The translations under genes and the position numbers were made by a program. From Octopus sinensis (Eukaryota): a stretch of 64,000 nucleotides of DNA. The stretch spans positions 56,420,001-56,484,000 of the forward strand of contig NC_043001.1 of NCBI RefSeq assembly GCF_006345805.1, given 5' to 3'. A model generated the notes under the pieces. It was not told where the DNA came from. It did not search any database and saw nothing but the letters and a program-made list of their open reading frames with translations. Shown piece by piece: positions 38,090 through 51,497 of this stretch. The stretch's first letter is position 1, and each line of letters opens with the position of its first letter.

Positions 38090-40524
38090 ATATCAAATAC
38101 AAAAAAAGGGACAAAAAACATCTAGACAGACGGTACAAAGAAAACAAGAAGGGGTCATTCGGAGTTTTCTTTCCTCAGTCGAGTTCCAGATTATCTTTGT
38201 AATTTCTGTCGGTTATACTCGAGATTGCGCCAATCTGGCCAGCCCCAAGGAAAAACTAAGCTAAGAGCACTAGATTCCTTGGAAGAAAGCAGCGAAGCAA
38301 AAACAAGGGCGGAAAAAAACGGAGAAATGGTTCACAAATACAAACAACAGGACATTAACAACGGGGGTCTTTCGATTAAGACGAATTAAATTAAGCTGGC
38401 GTGAGTGGAAGTAAAGCCTTACGGCAGGGACATAGCATTTGACTGGCACAGGGCGGAATATAGGTGTTGCACGGATGGTAGTCGAACCAAGAAAGGTCAG
38501 GCGTGGCCGAACACCGGTCACGTGGGGAGAGAAGAGAGAGGTAGAGACAGAGGGATAGAAGAATTAAGGAGGGGCGAGAAAGAAATGAAAGGGATAGAAC
38601 GAAGTAAAAGAGGAGGGAAGGTGAGTATAAAGAGAAGACCAGGAAATGTGACAGAAGGGGCACGAAAGAACGAAGAGTGGAATGAACGAAGTAAGTGTGA
38701 AGGGGTTGATAAAAAGAAGGAAAGAATGAAAGAATAGAAAGAATAATAGGGTCGTATAAAATATAGATATACATATATACTTACATATAAGAGACCAATG
38801 TGTACGTACGCCGCTATATTTTTATATAAAAAAAATACAAAAATGGGACAAGAACGCAACACATCCAGACAGACAATACAAAGAAAACAAGAACGGGTCA
38901 TTCGGAGTTTTCTTTCCTCAGTCGAGTTCCAGATTATCTTTGTAATTTCTGTCGGTTATACTCGAGATTGCGCCAATCTGGCCAGCCCCAAGGAAAAACT
39001 AAGCTAAGAGCACTAGATTCCTTGGAAGAAAGCAGCGAAGCAAAAACAAGGGCGGAAAAAAACGGAGAAATGGTTCACAAATACAAACAACAGGACATTA
39101 ACAACGGGGGTCTTTCGATTAAGGACGAATTAAATTAAGCTGGCGTGAGTGGAAGTAAAGCCTTACGGCAGGGACATAGCATTTGACTGGCACAGGGCGG
39201 AATATAGGTGTTGCACGGATGGTAGTCGAACCAAGAAAGGTCAGGCGTGGCCGAACACCGGTCACGTGGGGAGAGAAGAGAGAGGTAGAGACAGAGGGAT
39301 AGAAGAATTAAGGAGGGGCGAGAAAGAAATGAAAGGGATAGAACGAAGTAAAAGAGGAGGGAAGGTGAGTATAAAGAGAAGACCAGGAAATGTGACAGAA
39401 GGGGCACGAAAGAACGAAGAGTGGAATGAACGAAGTAAGTGTGAAGGGGTTGATAAAAAGAAGGAAAGAATGAAAGAATAGAAAGAATAATAGGGTCGTA
39501 TAAAATATAGATATACATATATACTTACATATAAGAGACCAATGTGTACGTACGCCGCTATATTTTTATATAAAAAAAATACAAAAATGGGACAAGAACG
39601 CAACACATCCAGACAGACAATACAAAGAAAACAAGAACGGGTCATTCGGAGTTTTCTTTCCTCAGTCGAGTTCCAGATTATCTTTGTAATTTCTGTCGGT
39701 TATACTCGAGATTGCGCCAATCTGGCCAGCCCCAAGGAAAAACTAAGCTAAGAGCACTAGATTCCTTGGAAGAAAGCAGCGAAGCAAAAACAAGGGCGGA
39801 AAAAAACGGAGAAATGGTTCACAAATACAAACAACAGGACATTAACAACGGGGGTCTTTCGATTAAGGACGAATTAAATTAAGCTGGCGTGAGTGGAAGT
39901 AAAGCCTTACGGCAGGGACATAGCATTTGACTGGCACAGGGCGGAATATAGGTGTTGCACGGATGGTAGTCGAACCAAGAAAGGTCAGGCGTGGCCGAAC
40001 ACCGGTCACGTGGGGAGAGAAGAGAGAGGTAGAGACAGAGGGATAGAAGAATTAAGGAGGGGCGAGAAAGAAATGAAAGGGATAGAACGAAGTAAAAGAG
40101 GAGGGAAGGTGAGTATAAAGAGAAGACCAGGAAATGTGACAGAAGGGGCACGAAAGAACGAAGAGTGGAATGAACGAAGTAAGTGTGAAGGGGTTGATAA
40201 AAAGAAGGAAAGAATGAAAGAATAGAAAGAATAATAGGGTCGTATAAAATATAGATATACATATATACTTACATATAAGAGACCAATGTGTACGTACGCC
40301 GCTATATTTTTATATAAAAAAAATACAAAAATGGGACAAGAACGCAACACATCCAGACAGACAATACAAAGAAAACAAGAACGGGTCATTCGGAGTTTTC
40401 TTTCTTCAGTCGAGTTCCGGATTATCTTTGCAATTTCGATTGGTTATACTCGAGATTGCTCCAATCTGGCTAGCCCCAAGGAAAAACTAAGCTAAGAACA
40501 CTAGATTTCGTGGAAGAAAGCAGC
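38090..40524 (-). repeat. tandem array, 744 bp period, about 3.3 copies; probable Penelope-like pLTR array
   Basis: Identical ORFs recur at 38405/39149/39893 (spacing 744). Outer edges are diverged, and an inverted partial copy follows at 40525-40600. The tandem is certain; PLE origin is inferred. Confidence 0.85.
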
Positions 40525-40724
40525 GATGTTTTGCGTTCTTGTCTCTTTTTTGTATTCTTTATGTATAAAAATATAAGGGTGTGCATACACTTTGGTCTAT
40601 ATATATATATATATATATGGGGGGGGGTGAGTGTGTGTATGTGTGTGCGTGGGTATATGTATATATATATATATGTATGTAGGCATGTATGTATGTACAC
40701 ACACACATGTATATATATGAACGT

Positions 40725-41104
40725 GGAGGCGCAATGGTCCAGTGGTTAGGGCAGCGGACTCGCGGTCGTGGGATCGTGGTTTCGATTCCCAGACCGGGCG
40801 TTGTGAGTGTTTATTGAGCGAAAACACCTAAGTTCCACGAGGCTCCGGCAAAGGGAGTGGCGAATCCTGCTGTTCTCTTTCACCACAACATTCTCTCACT
40901 CGTTCTTCCTGTTTCTGTTGTATCTGTATTTCGAAGGGACAACTTTGTCACACACTGTGTCATACCGAGTCTCCCCAAGAACTACGTCAAGGGTACACGT
41001 GTCAGTGGAGTGCTCAGCCACTTACACGTTAATTTCACGAGCAGGCTGTTCCGTTGATTGGATCAACTGGAACCCTCATCATCGCAACCGACGGAGTGCC
41101 ACAA
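40725..41104 (+). mobile_element. tRNA-derived SINE family C
   Basis: A box tggtccagtgg and B box ggtttcgattccc; the 3' part ctcagccacttacacgttaatttca is shared with 45202-45502. Confidence 0.75.
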
Positions 41105-41321
41105 TGTATATGAATGACTGCGCACATACCGTATGCTCATACATTTTTTGTTTCTGTATGCGTCTATTTATATGAATGAATCTCAGTGCACTTTTATGTA
41201 TACTATTGTGCCCGTAATTGTATTGTGACTGCATGTATATGTATGGATATGCTACTGTTTGTTTAGGCTGGATGTATGGATGTGCATATGTATTTCATTC
41301 AATGTCTGGAGAGTGTATGCA

Positions 41322-41382
<61 letters not shown>

Positions 41383-43750
41383 ATCTGTGTGTGTGTATCT
41401 GTGTGTGTGTATCTATCTACCCATATATATATATATATATACATATATATATAACTAGATAGATACACACACACAAAAAAATGTTGAAAGCATCATTGTG
41501 TTTTCATATATGCAAATATATAATTGTCTTCGAGCATTTGTGATCATGGATATGACAGACTAGATCCCTCTCTAATCACACCTTACTTTTTAGTATATAC
41601 ATATGTGAGCAAACAGACACAGACACACACTCACATACACGCACACAGACACACATGCACACGCTCGCACACACACACACATTTATACGTGCATGTGTGA
41701 GTTTGTATATTTACAGACGACCATGTATATACATACAGATGTGGTGTGCGTGCGTATGTATATGTACACCCCCCACACACATATGGATATATATAAATAT
41801 ATATATATATATTTATGTGTGTGTGTGCGTGTATGTGTATATGTGTGTGTATATGTATATATACGAAAGCACACAATACACACATATATATGTGTGTATG
41901 AGTGTATGTTTATGTATTTATGAGGGTATTTGCACGCAAACGCGAATCTACTTCTCTTTGAATGGACGCTAATGCTTTCTGTTTTGTGAGTAAAAAAAAA
42001 ACAATAACAAAAACAAACAAACAATATATGTAAATAGGTCATCTTTCAGAATTTCCTCAACCGATATTAATAGCTATTGCAAGAGTGTATGCATGAGAGA
42101 ACTCAAGGAAAATATAATAGCAATTTTTCAATCTTTCGGGTCAAATGGAATTCCTCATTATTTTAACATATTCTATTTTTTTAAATAAGTTTTTCTCTTA
42201 AGATTGATATCAAACAATATTTAATTTAACCAGTTTGACCTCAATGTCATAGCTACAAACCCAAAGCTATTGCAACTATTAATGCTATAATCAAAGACTA
42301 TAATTTTCTCGAGATAAAATCTTGTACTACTGTGTGTACATTGAAGTTTAATTTTGTTTATGTTTCAATATAGTGTTGTTAAACTTTTCATGTTCGCAGC
42401 TTTTAGTATCGCTTATAATAACTCCATTTTATAGTTCACTATACATACTGAAACGTAGTTCAAAGTGCTGGCAATGAATGGATAGAGTGCTATATGTGTT
42501 GTATGATTGATTGTATTAGCTATAACGATTGTGACTTCTTCAGGCAAAACTTATCTAGAGTATTCTAGATCTAATAAATTTTGTAATAAAGTGCATTTAT
42601 ACAGTAATATAATCTGGGGATAAAAATTGGTATTGCCAACACAAATATGATTGTATCTTCAGTTATTTCTGCTGTTTACCCTCATATCAGTTCCGATCGA
42701 CGAATTCCAGAATGGACCAACATGTTTTTTTTTATTTTATCTTTCTTCAAAGACATTATATGACAAGGATTATATCATCTAATCTATCCTCCATTTCATA
42801 GTCGGATCACTGTTTCATCAATTGTGTACACACACATACACAAAAAGGCAATCATACACTCATACACCTCGAGACATAGATACATACAGGCACACACACA
42901 TATATGCTTATAAGTATAAAAGCGCATTGTAATTTGCTTAAAGCACCGCAATATTTGTAAATGAGATAAATATTTGAAAAACATTTGTGCAGTGCCGATG
43001 AGGAGTTACGTAAAATATGTAAAGTGATGTCAATAAGTGAAAACAAGGAGAAGAGATATCATATTAACTTCCATAAGTTGTGTAATGATCATATAATATT
43101 TCGGGACAAAATTCCTCTTTTCAAACAGAAAAACAACAACAGAGAGTTTAGAGACTGAGAGACTGCCATTGTTATCAGCAGGCTGTTCTTGTGCGTTGTA
43201 CACGCACTCACACACACACACATGCGCGAGCACATATATATATGTATATATATGTAATATAAATATATATAAATATAAGCATATATACATACATGTATGT
43301 ACATACATGTATGTACATACCTACATATATATGTGTATATACATGCATATATGGGTACAGGACATCAAAAAACGTTGAACACAATGAGAAACGAAAACAT
43401 AAAAACAAAAACATAGCAACGAGCTTTTTTTTCAAACAACGAAAAAACAGAGTACAAGACATACAACACAAGGAATATTCCCCTTCTTCAGTTGTCCCTG
43501 CTTCGTCTACTCCGCTTTTCGAAGGTAAGGACAAGACGCAACTTTGCGTGAAACAGTCCTTCCCGCTATGCAGATTAAATAAAAGTTGGGATTTTTGGCG
43601 GACGGGTAAAAGTGGTAACAAGAACAGGACAGTAAGAACAAAACAGTAAGAACAAAACAGTAAAAACAATAAAAAAATAAAAAACAGTAAAAGACCAAAT
43701 AATTTTTCCATCGTCTTGGCTTAACAGCCCTCATCGTTTGTTTTTACTGT

Positions 43751-43838
<88 letters not shown>

Positions 43839-43849
43839 TTATATATCCA

Positions 43850-44090
43850 TGTGTGTGTGTTCTTGTGTCTGTGTTCTTCCCCCTTTCCACCGCTTGACAA
43901 CCAGTGTTGGCGTGCTTATGTCCTCGTAACTTAGCGATTCGGTAAAAAGAGACCGATATAATAAGTAGCAGGATTCACAACAAAAGAAAACAAAACAAAT
44001 ATACTGGGGTCGAATTATTCGACTAAGATTTCTTTAAGGTGGTGATCCAGCATGGCCGCGGCCTAATGTCTGAAACAAGTAAACGATAAA
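43850..44090 (+). mobile_element. SINE family A 3' half
   Basis: cgcttgacaaccagtgttggcgtgcttatgtcctcgtaacttagcg...ccagcatggccgcggcctaatgtctgaaacaag. Confidence 0.75.
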
Positions 44091-44249
44091 CGACAAAAGG
44101 TTTATATTTTTGAAAATGTGAAAATTATCAATCAAAATTCTAAGTACAAATTCTTTTAATAAGACTACATAAAAAAAGGGAATATGAAAGAAGAACAGAG
44201 GGAGACGGAGATAGAGATGTGGAGAGAAAGAACGAGAAACAGAGAAACA

Positions 44250-44258
<9 letters not shown>

Positions 44259-44285
<27 letters not shown>

Positions 44286-44382
44286 AGAAGAAGAAGAAGA
44301 AGAAGAAGAAGAAGAAGAAGAAGAAGAAGAAGAAGAAGAAGAAGAAGAAGAAGAAGAAGAAGAAGAAGAAGAAGAAGAAGAA
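44259..44382. repeat. (GAAA)n(GAA)n purine tract
   Basis: Direct reading; explains the poly-R, poly-K and poly-L ORFs. Confidence 0.95.
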
Positions 44383-44764
44383 ACAGAAACAGAAAGAAAA
44401 AGAAAGAGAGAGAAAGAGACGGGGAAAAAGCGGGAGAGAGAGAGAAGAGAGAGATAAATTGTGCTGGAAGATAAAACGAGGGTATGTTTATCCCAAATAC
44501 ATCGCCCCTAAACAACAAGCTTATGTTACTGGGTAACTGATAATTTTCTTGAGTTTAAATCAAAATAATTAAGGTAATTACTATAATCAGATATTTGATG
44601 AATATCATAATATCAAAAAGATACAACATACAGCAATAGGTTGTAGAAAAGAGAAATGATGTGACTTGCAAAATCTACTGCGGATGTTTTGTGGCTTCAG
44701 ATTTGTCGCAAAACAATGTTGGTTGCCCACATTTGATATAGTTATAGGTAAAATCTTTTATCTT

Positions 44765-45005
44765 TTACTTGTTTCAGTCATTAGACTACAGCCATAATGA
44801 ACCACCTATTTTATGTTGAATGAATTGATCCCAGTACTTATTTAAAGCCCGGCAATTAGTCTATCGCGGTCTAAGTTACGGCGACTAAACAAATGCAAGG
44901 CGTTAGTTGGCCCGACGTTATAGTAGAAGACAATAGCCCAAGGTGCCACGTAGTGAGACTGAACCCGGAACTATGTTGTTGGGAAGCAAACTTCCTACCA
45001 CACAA
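44765..45005 (-). mobile_element. SINE family A, diverged, middle deleted
   Basis: Tail acttgtttcagtcattagact at the left; head tagtagaagacaatagcccaaggtgccacgtagtgagactgaaccc at the right. Confidence 0.65.
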
Positions 45006-45201
45006 AAAGGAATTTATTGGTATTGAAGTTCGACTTGAGTACAAAATGTTTAGCAACTACTGTAGTAGTGTATGGTTGGAGAGCAACTGTGTTGCTATTT
45101 CTAGCTTGTTGAGTGACACTATATGTGGTTACTCATTGGCTTGCTTCTACTGTGTCACAAGAAGAGTGTTGTTGTAATGGCAATTATGTAGTAAGCAGCA
45201 A

Positions 45202-45502
45202 AGGCGCGTGTCTTAGTGCTTAGGGTATTCGGCTCACTCTCGTAAGGTCGTGAGTTCAGTTCCCGGCAGGGCATTGCGTTCTTTCAGGTTGTGTTATTTC
45301 ACGTTGCTTCAGTCCACCCAGCTGGCGAAAATGAATAGTATCTGTATTTCAAAAGGCCAGCCTTGTCACACTTTGCTCATACTGAATTTCTCTGACAATT
45401 ACGTGAATGTTACACGTTTCTGAAGAGAGCTCAGCCACCTGCACGTTAATTTCAATAGTAGGCTGATCAACTCGAACCTTCATCGTCGTAAGCAACGGAA
45501 TA
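45202..45502 (+). mobile_element. tRNA-derived SINE related to family C
   Basis: Head ggcgcgtgtcttagtgcttagggtattcggctc...gagttcagttccc; 3' part ctcagccacctgcacgttaatttca as at 41020-41040. Confidence 0.65.
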
Positions 45503-45705
45503 CTTGTCATAAGGATGTACTGTTTACTGTGATGTGTACTGCTTGAACTGCAGTGATGGCCTGTTATAGCAACAGTGGTTGTAGTGAGACTGTCACAATT
45601 CATGTATTATGAAGAAAGAACACAACAGGGCTGAATGGTTAAGAAGTTTTCGTATTCACCAAGTCCTTGTTTCAACCAGAGGCAATAGAGAAAAAGAGTC
45701 TTTTA

Positions 45706-46996
45706 CGAGGGGCGTTCAATAAGTAATGCCTCTGACCCACTTCCCATGGCAGTAGAGCAACGAAACGTGGCACAGTTATTAGTCTTTTTCTACATAGGAA
45801 CCATCCAGAGTTACGCATTTCTCCCATCGTTTGATGCAGCTCTGGAGACCGTTTTTGTAGACGACCCCAGCTTGGTCCTCCAACCACGACGTGACTTCAA
45901 AAATCAAGGCTGCATCATCTGGGAAACGCTTTCCTTTGAAAAACAACTTCATGGCTGGGAAGAGGTGAAAATCAGAGGGTGCAAGATCAGGAGAGTAGGG
46001 GGATGGGGGAGGAGTTCATAGCTGCACGCCTGTGCTTCTGATCTAGCGACACGCGAGTTGTGAACCGGATCGTTGTCCTGCAGGAGGAGGATGCCTTTGC
46101 TGATCTTGCCCCGCCTCTTGATCTTGATAGCTTCTCTTAATTTCCTCAAAGTGAAGCATAATAGGCTCCTGTAATTGTGGTACCCTTTGCCAGGAAATCT
46201 GTCATCACTACTCCGTCCTTGTCCCAGAAGACTGTGAACATGACCTTGCCAGCGGAGGGCTGCACCCTTGCCTTCTTTCGAGGAGGTGAGTCACGGTGCT
46301 TCCACTGCATTGACTGGGCTTTGGTCTCTGGATCATAGTGAATGACCCAGGTTTCATCCTGTGTAATAAGTCTTTTGAAAAAGTTTGACTCATCTTCTTG
46401 GCACATCTCCAAATTCATCCTCGAGCACTCGACGCGTTGTTGCTTCTGGAAAGGTGTGAGCAACCTGGGAATCCATCTGGCAGACACCTTTTGCATATGC
46501 AAATGGTCATGAATGATAGTTTCCACGGACCCGGTACTAATCTTGACCTCATGGGCTATTTGGCGAATAGTTATGCGCCGATCTTCCAAAATGGCAGCCT
46601 CAACTTGACGGACAGATGCCACATCAATGGCAGAAAGGAGGCGACCAGATCTAGGAGCTGTTTTCACAGAGTTCCGACCATGTTTGAATTCACGATTCCA
46701 GCGTTTTACAAGGTCATATGATGGGGCATCATCACCGTAAGTTACTTTCATTTCATCAAAAGTCTCCCGTGGTGTGCGTCCTTTCAAATACAAAAACCGG
46801 AACACTGCTCGACACTCAACAGGCTCCATTTCACACTTGACTCAGTTCAAACACCTGTAAATCAGAAACCACAATTACTTCAGTGCTGTAATGCGCCACT
46901 CAATCTATAGAGATATAAATAATTGCACATGTAAAATTTCAGCTAGATCAAACAAATACAAGTGGGTCAGGAGCATTACTTATTGAACGTCCCTCG
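45706..46996 (-). mobile_element. complete mariner transposon (family 1), 1291 bp, TA TSD
   Basis: 37 bp TIRs cgagggg/acgttcaataagtaatgc(ct/tc)ctgacccactt with 3 mismatches; TA at 45704-45705 and 46997-46998. Confidence 0.97.
45779..46829 (-). pseudogene. mariner DD34D transposase, frameshifted
   Basis: LITQDETW, LLLQDND and (Y)SPDLAPSD, with 34 residues between the second and third Asp after correcting a frameshift. The ORF breaks after YASL and again at HPP. Confidence 0.92.
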
Positions 46997-47783
46997 TACC
47001 AAGTTTTGTGAGTGAAATTGGATGAGGAGAAACAATAAGGAAGACTGCGCTCTACCCCTGACAGGGTAGCTGAATGGGTACTCTGCCCTGGTAAAGAGCA
47101 ACCAATAACTATGGAAGGTACGGTCGTCACTCTGTGAGGTATTTTCAAAATATCTACATGGTAGACTGTGAAGAGGTAGCTGCGGAGCTCAGCTGAGCGA
47201 AAGGCGCTTTTTTCTTTGTATTTAGGAGGAGGAGGAATTCTAGAAGATCAACGGTCAGGATGACCAAGCTCTATCAAGAGAGTAATTAAAATGCACCGAA
47301 AGGGGCGGCGTCCATGTTTATGTAATCAGCTAATGAAATATTCGCTATGACTGAAGCTTCCATTTAAAATTCATAAGAATGGAATTGGATGGCGACTGAG
47401 GGTCATGAGAATCTGCGAAAGCAGTGCGACCGAAGAAGAAAAAAAAAAGATATGGAAGAAAATTTGGTGGATTGTAGTAGAAATTTAAAGATACGACCTT
47501 CTTACAGTCTAAGTCACGTAGCTTCTTTCTCAGGATTACGTTAAGGGTTCGTGTGTCTGTAGAATACTCAGCTACATTGACGCTAATTAAATGAAGCTAG
47601 AGTTCAGTTAATACTACACCTGAATGTCTATCGTCGCAAACATCGGATATCAGCTTACTTTTATCACCTCTAGTGTATCACAATTATCCAGGTTTTATAT
47701 GGAGAATTACGTTAAAATTATGTTATTTCTCGTTTTTGGATTTGGTTTGCAAGATTCTTTATATGAGTTCGTGTGTTGAAGCT

Positions 47784-47997
47784 TATACTGTTGTGTCTGG
47801 GGCGAGTCATTTTCTTTTTGTGCCTTACACACTCACCGGTAAAATGCCCACTTATTTCCTATTTTTTTCCCTAAGTTTGCAAGACGCAACGAAACTTTTA
47901 GGAAAATAAAAATTGGAAATAAGTGAAAATTTTACCGGTGAGTGTGTTACATTTTAAGGCACAAAAAGAAAATGACTCTCCCCAGACACAACAGTAT
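47784..47997. mobile_element. palindromic MITE, TA-flanked
   Basis: tatactgttgtgtctggg...gagtcattttctttttgtgcctta...cacactcaccggtaaaat is mirrored by attttaccggtgagtgtg...taaggcacaaaaagaaaatgactc...cccagacacaacagtata. Confidence 0.8.
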
Positions 47998-49013
47998 ATT
48001 ATTTCTTTTATCTGGCATCAACAGAGAGTAAACAGTAATAATAATTCTTAATATGGCTTTATAATATACAGTGAAGGATATGGGTCATTAATAAGTTGAG
48101 AACAACATCAAAATATCAAAAGACCCTACCTTCCCGTGTAAATGAGGATTATATTACACTTGCATATAACCAAAAAAATCATTTGTTTTCTTCTGACTAC
48201 CTATTTATTTTCAGTCATCCTATCAATGTTCTATAAATTAAATATGTTAAAAATATTTCCATGATATTTTACTCGTAGATGGCTTCTTAGATTGATATTA
48301 TTTTTTAAGCAGTTCTGTTTACCTACACCAACAAATGTAATAGCCAATCTAATATATACTTATATGACTGTTTTTCATACCTGGAATTGCCTCTCATACT
48401 TACTGAATAAATGAATATAAATATATCGGTCATTTGCAAATAACATTTTTTATTCACTGTAGATTGATTTCTTATTACGACTTATAATAATATGAGAGTT
48501 AGATTTGAACAAAGACAACGGGAGAGAGTATCTTAAAACATCCTGTCCAACACTAACGACTCACCGAATTCAACTATTGTTTTAAATGTGGCTATCACCT
48601 TTGAATCATTGATAAAGAATATGCTGGAACAAGAAGCAAACGATAACATGCTCTGAGTTGTCTCCCATGTCTGCTTGAAAAAAAATACAATATGCATACT
48701 GTATAATTTTTCCTTTGTCTTTCATTGTATATCGATTATTAATTTGCAATTTTGATGCTTAAGGGAATAAAATATGTTAACCGTAACATTCCGAAAAATT
48801 TTGTGTACGCTTTAATTAATCCTCATGCTGATAATGTTTTTTGGTAATATTAAACAGAGGCCTGGAGAAAGCACCATAGAAATGGCGAAAATAAATGGCA
48901 GTTCAATTATATTCTGTTTGAGAATCCCAGGCAATATAGAGGCAAAAAAACAAACAAGCAATTTCAAGCCTTTTGTATGTCATTTACTCTAGTCCTGTTT
49001 CAATGATAATTGA

Positions 49014-49058
<45 letters not shown>

Positions 49059-50759
49059 GATGATGATGATGATGTTGCAAAAAAAATACGCTACTTATTT
49101 TAGATACGTAGAGGGAGAGAAAAAAGAGAACGAAGGAGTAAAACGTTTGTGTGGAGTCGAAAAGGTAATAAAAAAAATTGAAAGAACTGAGAAGCAAATG
49201 ACGAAAACAGAAATAAAGAACAAATAATATAGATAAAATATAAAAAAAATCCTGGACAAAATAACAGAAACAAAACAAAGATGAATTCCTAACGTGTCAT
49301 GTACTGAAGGCTCTAGAAATAAGACCTTGGTCAACGTTATATTTTTATTTTTGTAAATATTCCTGTAATCTGATTGGTTGTTTTAGGCAACAAGATTGTT
49401 CACAATGGCGAAAAATACTGGAGAGAGAGAGAGAGAGAGAGAGAGGGGAGAACACAGGGAGAGAGAGGAGGAGAGGGAGAGAGAGGGGTGGGGAAGAGAC
49501 AGACATTGAGACTGAAGAGTAAATAAAAGATTGAATGTAAAGAACTAACAAAAATAGAATAAAAATAATATTAAGAAAACATAACAATAATGAGTTATTT
49601 TCCTGAGGTAAAATTTCGTTTAATATTATACAAACTGACTGCTAGTCAAAATGTTTTCGTAAAACTTTTTTTTAATATGTATTATCCTCCATTACAACAC
49701 AAGCAGGGCAATTCTGACTGAACTTCATAGACGATTTCCTGTAAGATGAAAAATGACCGATATAGTGACAGTTCTCGCCAACAGAAATTAAATTTCCTCT
49801 TAAGCATGAAGGTATTTTTACAAAGTTTCTTTAAATTATTTCCCTCTTTCCTTCGCGAGTTGCGAACAACGACGGTTGTTCCTAAAATTTATTGCGTACG
49901 TCACAAACGTCTACTACTACTGCTAAGACAAGACACACACAAGTACACATACACACACATACACACACGCACGCACAAACACACGCTCTCTCTCACAAAT
50001 ACATACATACATGCATGCATACACACACATATATACACACACATATATATACACACATACACTACTTTATTTACACGCACACACACACATACACACTCAC
50101 ACATATACACACACAAATACACAGACATATACACACACATATACACACACATATACATACAGACACATATACACCAGTGTTTAGTCACTCTGCATCATAT
50201 TTTTTATACAATCTTTTGGCCTGCACCTGTCTTGACAAAGGACAACTTTCTGAAAAGTCGCTATTTATACCTTTCCTACATATCGAAATACATAGATTTA
50301 TTCACCAGTGCATCATTTTTTCACGTCACTTTTTGTAATTTATTGGTTTATATATATATACACATTCATGCATTCATATATATGCGTGTCCGTGTGTATA
50401 TTCACACAAACACACACACATACATATATGTATGTATATAAACATAAACATCTGTAATGTCACAAGCTGTGCTAACTGACTGGTGTATGCACGCAATTTG
50501 GCAATACTATTGCCAGTGGGTCGAAACGAATATATATGTACATTTTCTTGATATTGGAGGGTATTAGCCAATGAAGAGAGTGTGAATATATACATAAAAA
50601 AATTGGGAAGCGGTCTGTAGAACAAAACACCTTCTATGATAGCCGTAAACGTATTACTTTGGAAGAGAGCGAAAAGCTTGTTCAAAACACGAAAAAGGAA
50701 TGAAAGGTAATAGGGAATTGCTTTTATCTTTCTATTTACTGTCATATTTTTTTTTACTC

Positions 50760-51104
50760 AACGCTGCCACTAACAACAACAACAAACAACATAATAGTAA
50801 TAATGATAATAATAATAATACTACTACTACTACTAATAATAATAATAATGATAATAATAATAATGATAATAATAATAATGATAATAATAATAATGATAAT
50901 AATAATAATAAAAAATCTGAAAATAATAACAATGACGATGATCGTGATAATGAAAATGATGATGATGATGATGATGAAGATAATGATGATGATGATGAGA
51001 ATAATACAAATCATAATGATAATCATGATGATGATAGCAACAACAACAACAATAATAATAATAATATAATAATAATATAATAATAATAATAATATATAAT
51101 AATA

Positions 51105-51173
<69 letters not shown>

Positions 51174-51187
51174 CAATAATAACAATG

Positions 51188-51252
<65 letters not shown>
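50760..51252. repeat. (AAT)n/(GAT)n trinucleotide low-complexity region
   Basis: Direct reading; explains the poly-N and poly-I ORFs. Confidence 0.95.
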
Positions 51253-51452
51253 CTCGTAAAGCATAAGAAAAATATTCTGCACAGAAATTATTTATTTACG
51301 TTGTTGTGATAAAGGTGTTTTGCTTTGCATTTTATCTTTTTAGTTTTGCTGTAAATATCTCTGCAAAATATCTCCCAAGAAATTTACATTATTTTATGCT
51401 TTTCCTATTTCTGTGTTTTCTTTATACTTATTTAGAGAGATGGAGTTATTAC

Positions 51453-51497
<45 letters not shown>

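Noticed and set aside
38140-38260. HDV-like ribozyme suggested by CGAAUGACCC on the minus strand
   Set aside because: No matching P2 5' strand, P3/L3 motif or P1 helix could be found.
38090-40524. CRISPR-like array, or a tandem gene family from the repeated 110 and 127 aa ORFs
   Set aside because: The units are 744 bp with no unique spacers, and the ORFs are low-complexity purine or pyrimidine readings.
40725-40795. tRNA gene
   Set aside because: A and B boxes are present, but the acceptor stem is not closed and the sequence continues into a SINE body shared with 45202-45502.
47000-47470. GC-richer segment right of the mariner, possibly a decayed LINE fragment
   Set aside because: No diagnostic motif was recovered in any frame.
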